From Octopus vulgaris (taxonomy: Eukaryota), in contig OX597828.1 of NCBI GenBank assembly GCA_951406725.2, positions 14,260,001-14,324,000 of the forward strand: DNA of 64,000 bases, given 5' to 3'. Each line of letters opens with the position of its first letter. Positions within the stretch are counted from its first letter, which is position 1. The notes under the pieces were generated by a model that worked only from the letters and a program-made list of their open reading frames with translations, searched no databases and was not told the origin of the DNA. Of the stretch, positions 27,027 to 39,330 are shown piece after piece. The translations under genes and the position numbers were made by a program.

Positions 27027-30000
27027 AGTCAGTCAGGTGATGCTCAGTACAAGGTATCTATATGATTGTAATGAAGATAATAACATCTAAGGTTCGTTAA
27101 CTGGTTTACATTTTTTTGTAGAAATAATTTCATCACTAATTAATAAACAAGAATGACAGATAGGATAGGCCCGTCTAGGCTAAGCATAGGATATAGCATG
27201 GGTTAGGTTTAATTGATGCATCTTTAAAAAGTAGTTTTTATTGTTTCCTACAAACAAAGTCAATATTGTTTGTTTCATTATGAATGGAATAGAGAAATAA
27301 TAGCATCACAAACATGAATGACCAACAGGATAACAATGCGAGTTATTAAGAAGTCTGAAAATTCAGCATTGTTTAAAGCATCAGGGTCTTAAGACTTATT
27401 TAACTGCTCAACCAAGAAGCAGGGAGATTTATATCAGCCAGCCTAAAAAAAAAAAAATTGTGCAGGGGGTTAAAATAGAATAAAAATTAACAGATGCCAT
27501 TGGCTTCTCTAACTTTGAGCAGAGTGTTTAACTCTGGAGGTTTTAATTTGTTTTTTACTCTTGGGAATAAGTAACAGATCTTCAGGAAATGTAGCTTGTA
27601 TACATAGATAAGTTGGTAGTTTTTGGTCCAGAAAATTATTTTGTCAGTCAAAAATGCAGAGCACATAACCTTTTACAGGGCCTCTAAAACTCATCAGGAG
27701 GAAGGAATAAGATGTTGCCAAACCAAAGGCTCGGTCCAAATGAATGCAATAGAGCAAACTCCAGCAAAAACCACCCAAAGTACCTGGCGATGGTGGTATT
27801 TAACCAAGTGACAGATTAAGTAGGCTACAGTAGGATTAGAACTCAAACCATGAAAAGCTTCAATAAATAAGGCAAAAAATTCCAACCAATGCTCTCACTA
27901 CTACCATAATAATAGTAAATATATAAATTTACTGAACAGGAAAGATAAATAATTCAAATAGGTCATTAATGATTGAACAGATAAAACAATAGAATTAAAT
28001 TGATTTATCCATTTCAACATCTAGTTAAACTCAGGATAATCACAATTATTGTATATGAAATTTGTCAAAACCTTAGAAGACTAATGACTTTAAAATATAA
28101 AGAAAATGGTTCGTAATAATATATATCAGACATACTTGACAAGGTAAACAAGAGCAGCTTATAAAACATATGGCATACGTTTAGTTGAGTTTTAGTGTTT
28201 GTTTATTTAAATAAAAATACAGAAGATGTGAAAAAGAAAAACAATAATGTAGACAACTTATTTCACACGTCTCTCTTTTTCTGTGAATATTATATAATGT
28301 TATGAACTGCAACTACCAATCCTTGGTGTGTAGGTGGCTCTAGTAAGCTTTATAAAGCTATGGCAGTGGGGCCTCAGATTCTTTTTTGAAATTGCAGACT
28401 ATGCAAGTGGTCCCCAAAACCGTTTTGGAACACATCATACCCAATCCAGGGATAAAGAGGAACAAAAGAAATTGATCCTAGTAATCATGATTGTTACTTT
28501 TACAAGAGAATGAAAAATCAATCTCTCCTTTGCTTAGCCATCCTACCGAGACTATTTTAATAGAGAGAAAGAGCAAAACTTCAAGCAAAATTTATAAAAA
28601 CAATTTTAAAAGGAAATGCATTTGTAGATAATACACTATATATAATTTTGAATTTTGATAACATCAAAATGTAAAATTAGGTATAAAAATTCAGTTATAC
28701 CACTTTCTGTAACGATAATACACGTCATTTAGCATCCATATTCCATTCTGGTATGAATTGGACATAAATCTCAATTACTAGAACCCATATGTTGATATAA
28801 ATTCTAGAATTTAAAATTTTCACCCAAATGCAATGTTGGTGGTGAGTAGATAATCCTAGATTAAAAAATGATCAAAATATTCAAACCTATCAGGTTATTT
28901 ATTTAGCAGAGAGAAAAAAGATGAACTATTATTCACGAATTTTTCTTTGCCCTATATTTTATTCAATTAAAAATAAACAGCTGTTCCGCTGATACCTTTA
29001 TTTTACCTGAAGTAGTTAGTTAAAACAAGGGACACGTTTCATTGATATTCCAAAGCAAAAATAAAGCGAAGTGATGGAAGGCCTCGAAGGAATTAATGAA
29101 GGTTCTAGTCAGGAGTTTGGAACATAAAATTCAAAAGCTCCAGGCTTTAGTGACAAGAACGTTTTTGGATATAATTATGCTGCCTCATAACTGTAGGGGT
29201 CAAAGTCAACCCCAGTACATGACAATCTTTTATCATTTACTTGTTCCAGCCAAAGAGTTGCAGCCATGCTGGAGCACTGCCTTTAAAGAGTTTTAGTTGA
29301 ACAAATTGACCCTAGTATTTTTAAGACTGATACTTTTGGCCTCTTAAGCCAAACTGCTAAGTTATGAACACATAAACCAACATTGGTTGCCAAGCATGGG
29401 GACAAAAACACAATAGATTTCCATTTTTCAGATTTAATCACAAGCCATTGGTTGGCCTAGTGAAGGATTTGTCCAAGAGACTGAACCCAATTACATAGCC
29501 ATACCTGGTGTTCACTATTTGGAACAAGGATGGACAAGCAGCAAGGATTTGAACTCATTGCAATATTAAATCCAACTACAGTAACTGCATAAATCACCCT
29601 GCTAGACCTATACTTAAATGGAATTCCACATGTGACCATCCCTGTCGGTGTTCTTGAGCATACATTAAGGATTACCTTATCTAATTATATTTCTGTTTTT
29701 AAGATGGTAGGATGTAACTTGAGGGATTTTTGACAGCTATTTCTAGCAAGTTGAGTAGCCACATAGGGGCATCTCTCCAAAAGGGCTTATTTCTTACAAC
29801 TGATATTAAAAACAGTGATAAAGTAACAGGAACTGTTTAGAAGTACTTAAAGTTTTAATGAATTTTGTACACACCAAAAGGAAATGTTCCATGCAGCCGG
29901 TTTTAAATGATAAAACAAGGTTTTAAGTTTACAAAACAAAAACATTTTTGGATATTGGTTAATAACAGGAGAAACAAGAGGATAAGAGAATGGAAGTTCA

Positions 30001-30325
30001 GTCCAGAATATACAACTGGATTCAGTTATTAAAAAGAAAGTTTAAGTTGAAGATATAAAAAGATGTGAAAATATATTTCTAACTGTAAATTTCAAGACTT
30101 TTGAATAAGTCTAGAACAGTTATTTCTAAAATTGAGTGAAAAACAAGAATGAAGGGTAGGAGTAGAATATCGAGTTAGAATACTGCTGTCTCCTCCCACA
30201 ACTCTATACAGGCATAGCTGGAACCAAAAGGTCAAGGTTTGACCTTGACAAGCAGTTCTTTAGATAAAGTCAGCTGGAAAACAGGAATGAGACTCACAGC
30301 AAGCAGGAGTGTCATTCAAAAGACA

Positions 30326-31760
30326 TTTTTTTTTTCTTTATTACTGCCACAAGGGTGCCAGATGAAAGGGCATCACAAGGGTAGGTTATTAAGAGCATTG
30401 AGGGTTTGTACAGAATTCAAATGTATGAAAGAAAAATGGTTTGTTGCAGTATAGAAATATATATGCTGAAGTTTTAAGAGATGGTTCGCCTCATTGGACT
30501 ACTGAAGGACCACAAAGATCAAGGATTATACTAAATAACAAAGTGTCCTTCCCAAGCCTACTGGTACATGCCGAAAATAGTACCAATCTCTCAAGCTACC
30601 ATTCAACAACTATACTGGGACAGCTTTTCCCTCTTCGTCTTCCTCTCCAAGTGTGAGAAAAATAAAAGAATTAGAAAATAGATGAGGACTTCATCAATGA
30701 GAGAAAAGTCTGTCCATCATAGTCTTTCTCTATAGCCACCAGACATTAGAAAGCTACCTGTTCTCCTGACAAAAAGAAGATAGCAGAGTGATCTCCTCAT
30801 CAGACTCGGCTAATAACCTATCCATCTTACACATGACAACAGCTGTTCCAAAACTGCCCAAAACAGCAACATTCAGACATCAAATGAGTATATGCAGAAT
30901 GGTCCAAATTGGATTTGCACCTACTGATGACATTTCCGTGCCAGTAATGTTTATTGTGAATCAGCAATGTCCCTCTAATGTTTCTAGGCCCAGTATTTCT
31001 GGAAATTATCCATAGTTCTCAAGTCAAGACGTCTTTCGAAAAAAAAAAAAAAAAAGTCAGGAGATACCCTCAAAACATTATACTTCTTCATTAACCCTCT
31101 GCAGAACTCTAATGTGGGACTACACTGCCTAGCTGGTAGAAGGCTATGAGTACGACAGCATTTCAGATAACTAGCACCAGTCTTAGTCTTTACTTGACCC
31201 AGAGTTCAAAGAGACAAGCTGAGGGTAAACATGCTTGATAAAAGACAATCACACCTGCTTGCCATGTAGATATTTTTATATCTGTTGCAGCCTCAAAATA
31301 TCTGCATAATAAAATAATTATCAGTGGAATGAGTTCTTTCTACAATAAACAAAAGAGTAGCTCTTTCAAGCTACGCAGACAATAACAGGGGCAGAGCATC
31401 ATGAAAAGGTAATCATACATCAGAAAAGAAGTGTATGTGTTTGCCACCTCTGTCCAACTTTTCAGTGAACGATCCCTCTCTACCTATCTCTGGGTGATAC
31501 AGGCCAACTGGCTGATCTCACTTCCCACCTACCTGACAAATTTGAAAGAAACCACAGCTCAGGCAGCTTAATTGGTTCATTGACCCAAATTACAGATGTG
31601 TCTCCCAGGTTCCAAGATGGAGCAATCCCAGCAACTTGTCCAGTTTAATTCCTTTAAAATGGTGCCAAGTTTTGTGTGTCTGACACTATTGGTGGTAACA
31701 TTGCCTGCATATGCTGACATGGTACTCCTGCCTACCGTTCAAACCAGCTCAGCAATCAGT
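30326..31760 (-). mobile_element. Heavily decayed L1/Tx1-clade LINE ORF2 (3' part) with poly(A) end
   Basis: Minus-strand relic peptides in the expected order: SAYAGNVT (~YADD), WVNEPIKLPELWF, SLKSWTEVANTY, LKELLFCLL*KELIPL, MDNFQKYWA, TILHILI. Ends in AATAAAG + A10 at about 30326-30342. Many stops and frameshifts. Confidence 0.7.
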
Positions 31761-33174
31761 CCAAACAGAAGAAATGTGATAGGACACTTGATGGACCAAG
31801 TGTATGGTTCAAAATGCTTCCTTTTAATCTGACTACCAAGTGGATGTCTCTATACAATAATATATAATACAATATATGATATTCATGAGTGTTCTCTACT
31901 AAATAGCTCCTGGCATATTCCTAACCACTTCCCCTCTCTTTTTACACACACATACATACAGTATAAATATAATTTGAAAAGTAGTAAGAATTTCCGAGTA
32001 GAGAACACCTACTCTATGAGAAAGTAATTATAAAATGATGACTAATAAAATTCCTGTTATTCTGATATGAGAAATAATAATTAACAAAAAGGAGCTTAGA
32101 AAGGGGCCAATGCATTTTTTTAAGCGAGAGTTAGACGTAATTATATGTCTCCTGAAAAAAAAAAATGTTGATACTTTGGTATTTAATAAAACAGAATAAG
32201 CTAGACAACAGCAGGTCCATGCTTAGTACTAGCAATGCTGACCTAGATGCACCATATTATTGCCGGTTACGTCAGGATATTTATTATGATTTGACGAGAA
32301 TAAGGTTTTTTTTTAATGTCTCTTGACAAGTTGTTCAACAGAAGGGGAAAAAAAAGAAACTACCGAATTTATTAGAATATAAACTGTTAGTTTAACAAAT
32401 AGTAATTATGAAAGCGATGTTAATTATAACTTAAAAAAGCTATCAGTAGCGATTTTTTTACAATAAATATTTAGAAAAAAAAAAAAAAGGTAAATGTGAT
32501 TAAGCTGACATAGGACTGTAGGATTGTCGAAATAGCAAAAGACCAGCTAGAAGTTTTTGTTTGCAACTTCCCTTTCTACTTCCAGTGAATTACTTGATAG
32601 AGGAGTGGCAGAGGCGGGACTAAGTTGTACAACACAACAAGGTCTGGTTTTTCTTTCTTTTTCTTTTTTTTTCTGCTTTCCGTCCCTCTATGAATCATTA
32701 TCAAATTCTTTGTTAGAAAATGTGGCAGGATGAGCCATTTGTATACAAACGACTCGTACTTTTAAAAATAATTGCAGTAGTTTGTCACAGGAAAGGAACT
32801 GTGTAATATTAAACAATAGGGGGCGAGTATGCAACGATAAAAATATATCCAGAGCAACATTTTAAAAGACGAGACAAGCACGAACGGAGAGATTTAAGAT
32901 TATAGTCAAGTAGTAAAGAACCCACCACCACTATCAACAACGGAAAATAAACAACTATATCCACTACAAGTAAGCCAGACCGGGCTAACTGGTTTGTTAC
33001 CGACAGGTATATTAAATAACAGGTGAATATGCAAGACAACCAGTTACCTGCCAAGTGCCACAAGTCAACACACAAGAAAACGAATAATGAGAATAAAGAC
33101 AAACCACACGATTTATATATATCATACTCATAACTTATAGAATCTATCTATGAAATGTGTGTGTGTGTGTGTAC

Positions 33175-33366
33175 CTTTTTACTTGATTCAGTCATGTGAC
33201 TGTGGCCATGCTGGAGCACCGCCTTTAGTCGAGCAAATCGACCGCAGGACTTATTCTTTGTAAACCTAGTACTTATTCTATCGGTCTATTTTGCCGAACC
33301 GCTAAGTTACGGAGACGTAGGCACACCAGCATCGGTTGTCAAGCGATGTTGGAGGGACAAACGCAG

Positions 33367-33414
<48 letters not shown>

Positions 33415-33553
33415 GACGGGCTTCTTTCAGTTTCCGTCTACCAAATCCACTCACAAAGCTTTGGTCGGCCGGAAGCTATAGTAGAAGACACTTGCTCAAG
33501 GTGCCACGCTGTGGGACTGAACCCAGAACCATGTGGTTGGTAAACAAGCTACT
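33175..33553 (-). mobile_element. SINE family B
   Basis: Reverse complement of the family-B consensus. Confidence 0.85.
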
Positions 33554-33759
33554 CCTACGCCTATATAATTATATAGAATGTAAGTGTGTGTGTGTGTGTG
33601 TGTGTGTGTTAGAACATAAATACGAGTTTGGTCGTTCAAGCAGACTTCCTATACTTATTTCGACTCTGCGGCCCATTCCACAGGTTTCTCTTTGCTGAGC
33701 CACCGTGTTGCAGGGACGTAAACAAACTAATACCACTTGTCAAGCAATGAGAGAAACAT

Positions 33760-34133
33760 ACTCTCTAACTCTTTTACTCGTTTCAGTCATTTCACTGCGG
33801 CCATGCTGGAGCATCGTCTTTAGTCGAGCAAATCGACCCCAGGACTTATTCTTTGCAAGCCTAGTACTTATTCTATCGGTCTCTTTTGCCGAACCGCTAA
33901 GTTACGGGGACGTAAACACACCAGCATCGGTTGTCAAGCGATGTTGGGGGAAACAAACACAGACACACAAACATATACACACACATACATATATACGACG
34001 GGCTTCTTTCAGTTTCCGTCTACCAAATCCACTCACAAAGCTTTGGTCGGCTCGAGGTTATAGTAGAAGACACTTGCCCAAGGTGCTACGCAGTGGGACT
34101 GAACCCAGAACCATGTGGTTGATAAGCAAGTTA
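33760..34133 (-). mobile_element. SINE family B
   Basis: Reverse complement of the family-B consensus; tandem to 33175-33553. Confidence 0.85.
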
Positions 34134-35830
34134 CAGGGTTGTTTTTTTCCCTGGTTTATCGCAATATTCTAATTTGATTTGATAATTTAAAATTTTATTT
34201 TCTTTCCATATAGCTATGTTCCTTAATGTAAGTTATCTCTAGAAAAATTTACCTAAGAATGAATATATGAGGAATATGGCTGTCTGGTTCAAAGTTTAGT
34301 TCTCACTGCTTACTACCTTGGCCAAATGTCTTTTACCCTGAGCCAACTAATGCCTTCTGAATGAATTTGGTAAATGGAAACTGAAAGAAGCTGGTCTCTC
34401 TCGCGCGCACGCGTGCGTGAGTGTGAGTGTGTGTTTACATTCTGCAATTTCATGAGTTACGGTGTTCTCTTGACATTTCCCTGTCAACAAATCCTCCAAT
34501 AGTTTTGCGCTTTTGAAAAATGCGTCGCATGAAAACTTCCAAGGATAATCGACAGGAAGGGCATCCGGCTGTAAAACAATATGTACCCGCCTTACCCATG
34601 CTAGCATAGGAACAAAAAAAACTAGACGTAAATTCGAACGCACGAATGAATATATCATTTTCCACCTCAAAACTCCGAGTTCTTTTTTACCCTTTAAAAT
34701 TTTGCCCTCTCCCCTACTATCACCACCGTGCACTTTTTTGTCTTTCCTTTGAGATGTGGGGGACACTTCGAGGGACAGTTATGCCGAAACTCTGCGCATA
34801 TAATTTATCCCACACACACACACAAAAAGACACACACTTTAAGGAGCACTTAATGTTGAAAATTTAAGTCCCCAAAGCATGAAAATAATACCATTTGAAA
34901 ATTCGAGCAGCTTTACGAACCCTGCCTTCTTTAGAAGGTCTTGGATTTAGAGGTGAAATGGGATACTAAAACCGTATATAGTGTAGTTTTTTTTTTCTCT
35001 TGTTTTGTTTCTGGATTCTTTTTTATCATTGATGGAAACCACTAGATTCTTGGATTACCTTCATTTCGGATAACACTGGATCTGTTATTATTTTATGCTG
35101 TTAACATTGGTGTCTTTCCCAAGGGCGTTAACAGTTTAAGTAAAGCGAAACAGCTACTAGCAGGAATCGAAACCAGCTTGGCGTGTGTTCTGTACGAAGG
35201 CAGGTCAAACCAGTGGTGATTATGCAGAGGGAGTTTTTCCCCCCGCCGCTCATGTATTGGCCTCCCCCCTACATTTCCCCTTCAGACATATACACCCTAG
35301 TTACGAGACCCAGTTTGCGTAGTTACACTAGAAAGAAAAAAAAATCTGATTATTTTGCAGTTAGGAGGGTGGTACTGAAAGATGGCAGTCTCTTCGTTTG
35401 GATGGGAGGTGTTGTGAGTAATAATAATAATAAAGATTACAATAATACGGCTGTCAGCTTAGTCTCCCGCAACCTTTCTGAACAAAGTCAGTTGTCAGCG
35501 TGGGATATGTGTATTTATACATAGATGTGTGTGTGTGGACAAACTTGAGCAGAGTACACTGGTCGGTCTAGATAGTAGGATAGAAAGAAAATAACTATAC
35601 AATTGAATTAACAGTATCGAAATTTGAAGAATCAAGGAGTCGAATAAAGTTCATTATCATTATAGTTATTATTTTTTTTTTTTTTTGTGTGTGTAGGAGA
35701 AGAATGTAGAAGCAATAATAGAGCAAGTGTGTAGCAGAAATTAGTTCCTCAGGATCTGGAGGAGAAACAATAATTAACGGTTACAGGAAAGGAGCAGAAT
35801 AACTTATCCCAACAAGTGTGTGTATAATAA

Positions 35831-35861
<31 letters not shown>

Positions 35862-36407
35862 ATAGTTTAATATGTTTATATATATTCTGCAGAATTTATA
35901 AGCGTTCATTCGGTGAAAAGTGAAAGAATCTAATGGTTTGGACACTTGTCTTTCGGTGAAAAGGAATATATATGAACGAGCTGTCGTATCGGTTGGAAAA
36001 TTTTTTACTATATTTTATTATTACCTGCTCTAGCTGTGTATGCTTAAACATAAAATAAACACTTGTTCGTTGATGTTTAGCTCCAGATCAGCCTTCATCA
36101 TGCGGACTCGTAAATTGAAAAGCATGCCAACCGCGACCATCCCGACATTGTTATATTTAACGCTACATTGCCGATGTATATGTAGTATTTCATTAAGACT
36201 GCAGTGTGCGTAATTAGATAGAAATTGGTTGCTATTACTAACAGGGTAAGCGACCACAACGATGCTCCGTCGTAGTGTGTTGCTAGTATTTAGCACATTT
36301 ATTTTCGAATGAAAGAAAGCAGAAATAGAAGTGTTTAGAATAATTCTATATCGAAACGAGGTTTACACGAAAATGAGAGGGGAAGAGAGAGAGAAAGAGG
36401 AGAACAG

Positions 36408-36600
36408 GTGTTAGCCCCTATCGAGCAAGCAGACCCAAGATCGAAACCGTTCCAAACGTGACCATCTAGTTTTATCCTCGGGTATAGTGCATGACTACTT
36501 TATCAAATGTGTCCCTCAGTTTATTATTTTATCAAGACGACTGAATATGATTTGAGGGAGATTTGACTAACATTTCCAGCAGGTCTTTACTACATGACTG
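36408..36600 (-). mobile_element. Interspersed repeat family E (old SINE-like), representative copy
   Basis: Consensus GCTAGAAATAGCAGCCAAATCTCCCTCAAATCA...GATGGTCATGGCTGGAA...GACCTGGGGCTAAACAAC recurs at about 1-140, 4520-4690, 5320-5450, 26620-26800, 29610-29780, 39870-40060, 40270-40680, 54580-54720, 59860-60420 and 63340-63950. Confidence 0.65.
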
Positions 36601-37026
36601 TAGAGCTAGATACCACTTCTACTCCGTTGGCTGGAACAGATTTCTAAAATAAGACAATAACGTGAAACTAACACAGAAAAAAAAAGAGATAAAAAAACAA
36701 ACAAACAGGTGCGCTATTACGTGACAAACACACACACATATATATTATATATATATATATATATATAAATGTAGACACTTGACATTAATTATTATTTGAA
36801 GGATACTAATAGTAATTTAGTAGCAGAGAAAGTGAGAGCGAGATAGAGTGAGAGGCGGGTGAGCAGACATCAATAGAAAGGTCGGTGGTTGTCGACAAAT
36901 TTTTCATTCCTAACACCGGCCAAACGATTAACAACCCAAAATGTTAAAAGAATAAGCATCTATGCTTCTTTTAAACACCTTTTCCGTCTAATGACAAACA
37001 GCTAAGGACGTGGAGTTCACACTTAC

Positions 37027-37381
37027 CTATGTTCACAATACGGATTCCTTCATCTTCTTCCAGAAACTTCAAGACCCTAGTAACGTTTTCGAGCTTCTGT
37101 GTTCGGAAGTTCGGCTTCTTGTTGATAAATTTGAATTTTTTGCTAGAGAGCACTTCAACGAGAGCAATAAGCCTTAAACCATCCGATAAATCCGTTTCCA
37201 GATCCATTAGTTGCTTGCTGACCGTTTTCAGGTGCTCGTTGGCCCATCTTGTAAAAGTGTTCTTTTGAATTAGCTTCCATTGCGCATCATCGGCAAGATC
37301 TCTCTCAGTAGCCGGCATGTCCTCGTCGTCCTCGTCGTAATCTTCGTCGTCGTCGTAATAAGCCTCACTTTGACTAGCCAT
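37027..37381 (-). CDS. FLNA: Filamin, first coding exon (acidic N-terminal extension + most of CH1)
   Basis: [15 protein letters not shown]...[31 protein letters not shown]...[16 protein letters not shown] is the filamin CH1 signature. ATG at 37381; donor ATAG|GTAAGT at 37027/37026; 355 nt, phase 1. The symbol denotes the invertebrate filamin (cheerio-like), not a vertebrate paralog assignment. Confidence 0.96.
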
Positions 37382-37599
37382 AGTGACAGCCGTTTATTTA
37401 TATATACTAACAAGTGGCTGCTGCTGATGCCTTCCGAAACTTGACGGAATAAACCGAAGAGAGTGAGTGCGAGAGAGAAATTCGTCTGCTAAACTTCCGA
37501 AGATGTTCTTGTGAATTTGTTCTGGTTTTTCTTAAAAAGCCGAGTCTTTTAATTTTAGTTTTGGTGTTTTTTGGTGTTTGGTGTTTGCTTTGCCCAGGT
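37382..37599 (-). other. FLNA: 5' UTR portion of the filamin first coding exon
   Basis: Poly-T tract plus tttcag| acceptor at 37602-37600 on the minus strand, followed by 218 nt with no ATG before the start codon. Confidence 0.65.
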
Positions 37600-37793
37600 C
37601 TGAAATTACAAGAACAAAAAAAAAAAATAGACATCAATATATATTTATTTTATATATTTAAAAAATAATTAAAATATGACAAAAATTGTTATAAAATTAA
37701 ATTTATTTACAAAAACACCTCCATTCTTATTTATTTTGATTTTAGTATTTTAGCGCGTCGGAAAAAAATGCTTTATGGTATTTCTTCCCGCTC

Positions 37794-38180
37794 TTTACGA
37801 TCTGAGTTCAAATTCCACACAGGTCAAGTTTACTTTTATTCGTTCGCGGGGAAGGGGTCAATAAAATAAAGTACCAGTCACGTACTCGGGTTGATGGTTT
37901 CGGCTACCCCACCCACTCAAATTTACGATCTGAGATCAAATTCCACACAGGTCAAGTTTACTTTTATTCGTTCGCGGGGAAGGGGTCAATAAAATAAAGT
38001 ACCAGTCACGTACTCGGGTTGATGGTTTCGGCTACCCCACCCACTCAAATTTACGATCTGAGTTCAAATTCCACACAGGTCAAGTTTACTTTTATTCGTT
38101 CGCGGGGAAGGGGTCAATAAAATAAAGTACCAGTCACGTACTCGGGTTGATGGTTTCGGCTACCCCACCCACTCAAATTT
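37794..38180 (+). repeat. Tandem triplication, 3 x 128 bp, of a diverged family-A SINE segment
   Basis: Units start at 37794, 37922 and 38050; identical except GAGTTC/GAGATC in copy 2. Confidence 0.92.
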
Positions 38181-38811
38181 GCTAGCCCTGTACCTAAATC
38201 AAAAACAATATTTTACTTCAAAATAACACTAAATTTTTTGAATATTTTTTTTTTATTTACTAGAAATATTTTTATTTCTATTTTTATAAAAAAAATATAG
38301 GCGTAAGCAGGAAATAGCTGTTGGAATCTCGTCACTTATTGAATTGGCTAGTTGTTGTGTGATCTTAGTGCAGATGTGTGATAATGTAAGAGGGGATAGG
38401 TCTTGTGAACTTCATATTATTAAACAAACTATTCGACACAAGGAGTTGGTGCAATTATTGTTTAATTCTAGGATATTAGTAAGGGGAGAAACAGAACACC
38501 TGAAGTTTACTTCAAAATTTTATTTTATTTTATTTTTTATTTTATTTATTTACATTTTGAAGATAGCAGGGTATTCAGGAGCCGGGTTAGGGGATGCCTC
38601 GCACTTTTACTCCCACTAGTCATGGAGGAAGGGGCTGTGAAGGATCATGGGCGTTGCCCCTCTTCCTCTGACTAAGCCACGCGCGCGCGTACTCTCACAC
38701 ATACACACACACCTACGCACACGACATACCTACACGCATAATACACCTACACACGCAGAGAAATGTACGTGTGTATAGGTATCTATATACACACTAAGTA
38801 TATATATATAT

Positions 38812-39124
38812 ATCACTGTGATCGTCGTGACCGACCAGGCTATCAGATGTTGCTACACATCGCTGGTCACAATGCGTTTCGCATTGTTTTAGCCTTCAAA
38901 TGACGCCATCCCGCTGGCTAAGCGAGCAGGCCAACAGAAGAAAGAGTGAGAGAAAGTTGTGGCGAAAGAGTACAGCAGGGATCGCCACCAGCCCCTGCCA
39001 GAGCCTCATGGAGATTTAGGTGTTTTCGCTCAATAAACACTCAGAACGCCCGGTCTGGGAATCGAAACCGCGATCCTATGATCGCAAGTCTGCTAGCCTA
39101 ACCACTGAGCCATTGCGCCTCCAC
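38812..39124 (-). mobile_element. tRNA-derived SINE family C
   Basis: Minus-strand head GGAGGCGCAATGGCTCAGTGGTTAG...GGTTTCGATTCCC. A second partial copy lies at about 43900-44052. Confidence 0.8.
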
Positions 39125-39166
39125 ACACACACAAACAGACATACACACACACACACACACACACAC

Positions 39167-39230
<64 letters not shown>

Positions 39231-39259
39231 GGACGGACGGACGGACGGATGGATGGATG

Positions 39260-39330
<71 letters not shown>
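39122..39330. repeat. (CA)n-(GATA)n-(GGAC/GGAT)n-(GATA)n compound microsatellite
   Basis: Directly visible. Confidence 0.95.

Larger units (their letters stand above)
6171..37026 (-). other. Filamin first coding intron (30,856 bp, GT-AG, phase 1)
   Basis: Joining the flanking exons gives ...IVNI-D-SGDIVD, the contiguous filamin CH1 sequence, so no constitutive coding exon is needed in between. Confidence 0.9.

Noticed and set aside
33336-34172. Recurring similar peptides (…RRASFSFRLPNPLTK…, …LLSVSVYQIHSQ…) suggesting a gene family
   Set aside because: They are reading frames of family-B SINE copies.
35183-35524. 113-aa Pro-rich ORF and other short intronic/upstream ORFs (e.g. 57783-58373, 62213-62737)
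   Set aside because: Non-ATG or repeat-derived starts, no recognisable domain, no coherent exon chain; no second host gene could be supported.
36971-37026. ORF-track extensions of filamin exons beyond splice sites (also 2068-2256, 1053-1132, 5878-5918)
   Set aside because: Similarity to filamin ends at canonical donors; the extensions are low-complexity intron sequence.
37794-38180. CRISPR-like array (also the palindromic subrepeats at 48481-48635)
   Set aside because: Units are wholly repeated or homologous with no unique spacers; eukaryotic context; no cas genes.
39050-39124. tRNA-like sequences (also 46275-46345, 43980-44052 and family-A heads)
   Set aside because: A/B boxes are present, but no complete cloverleaf was found and each continues into a SINE body; these are SINE heads, not tRNA genes.
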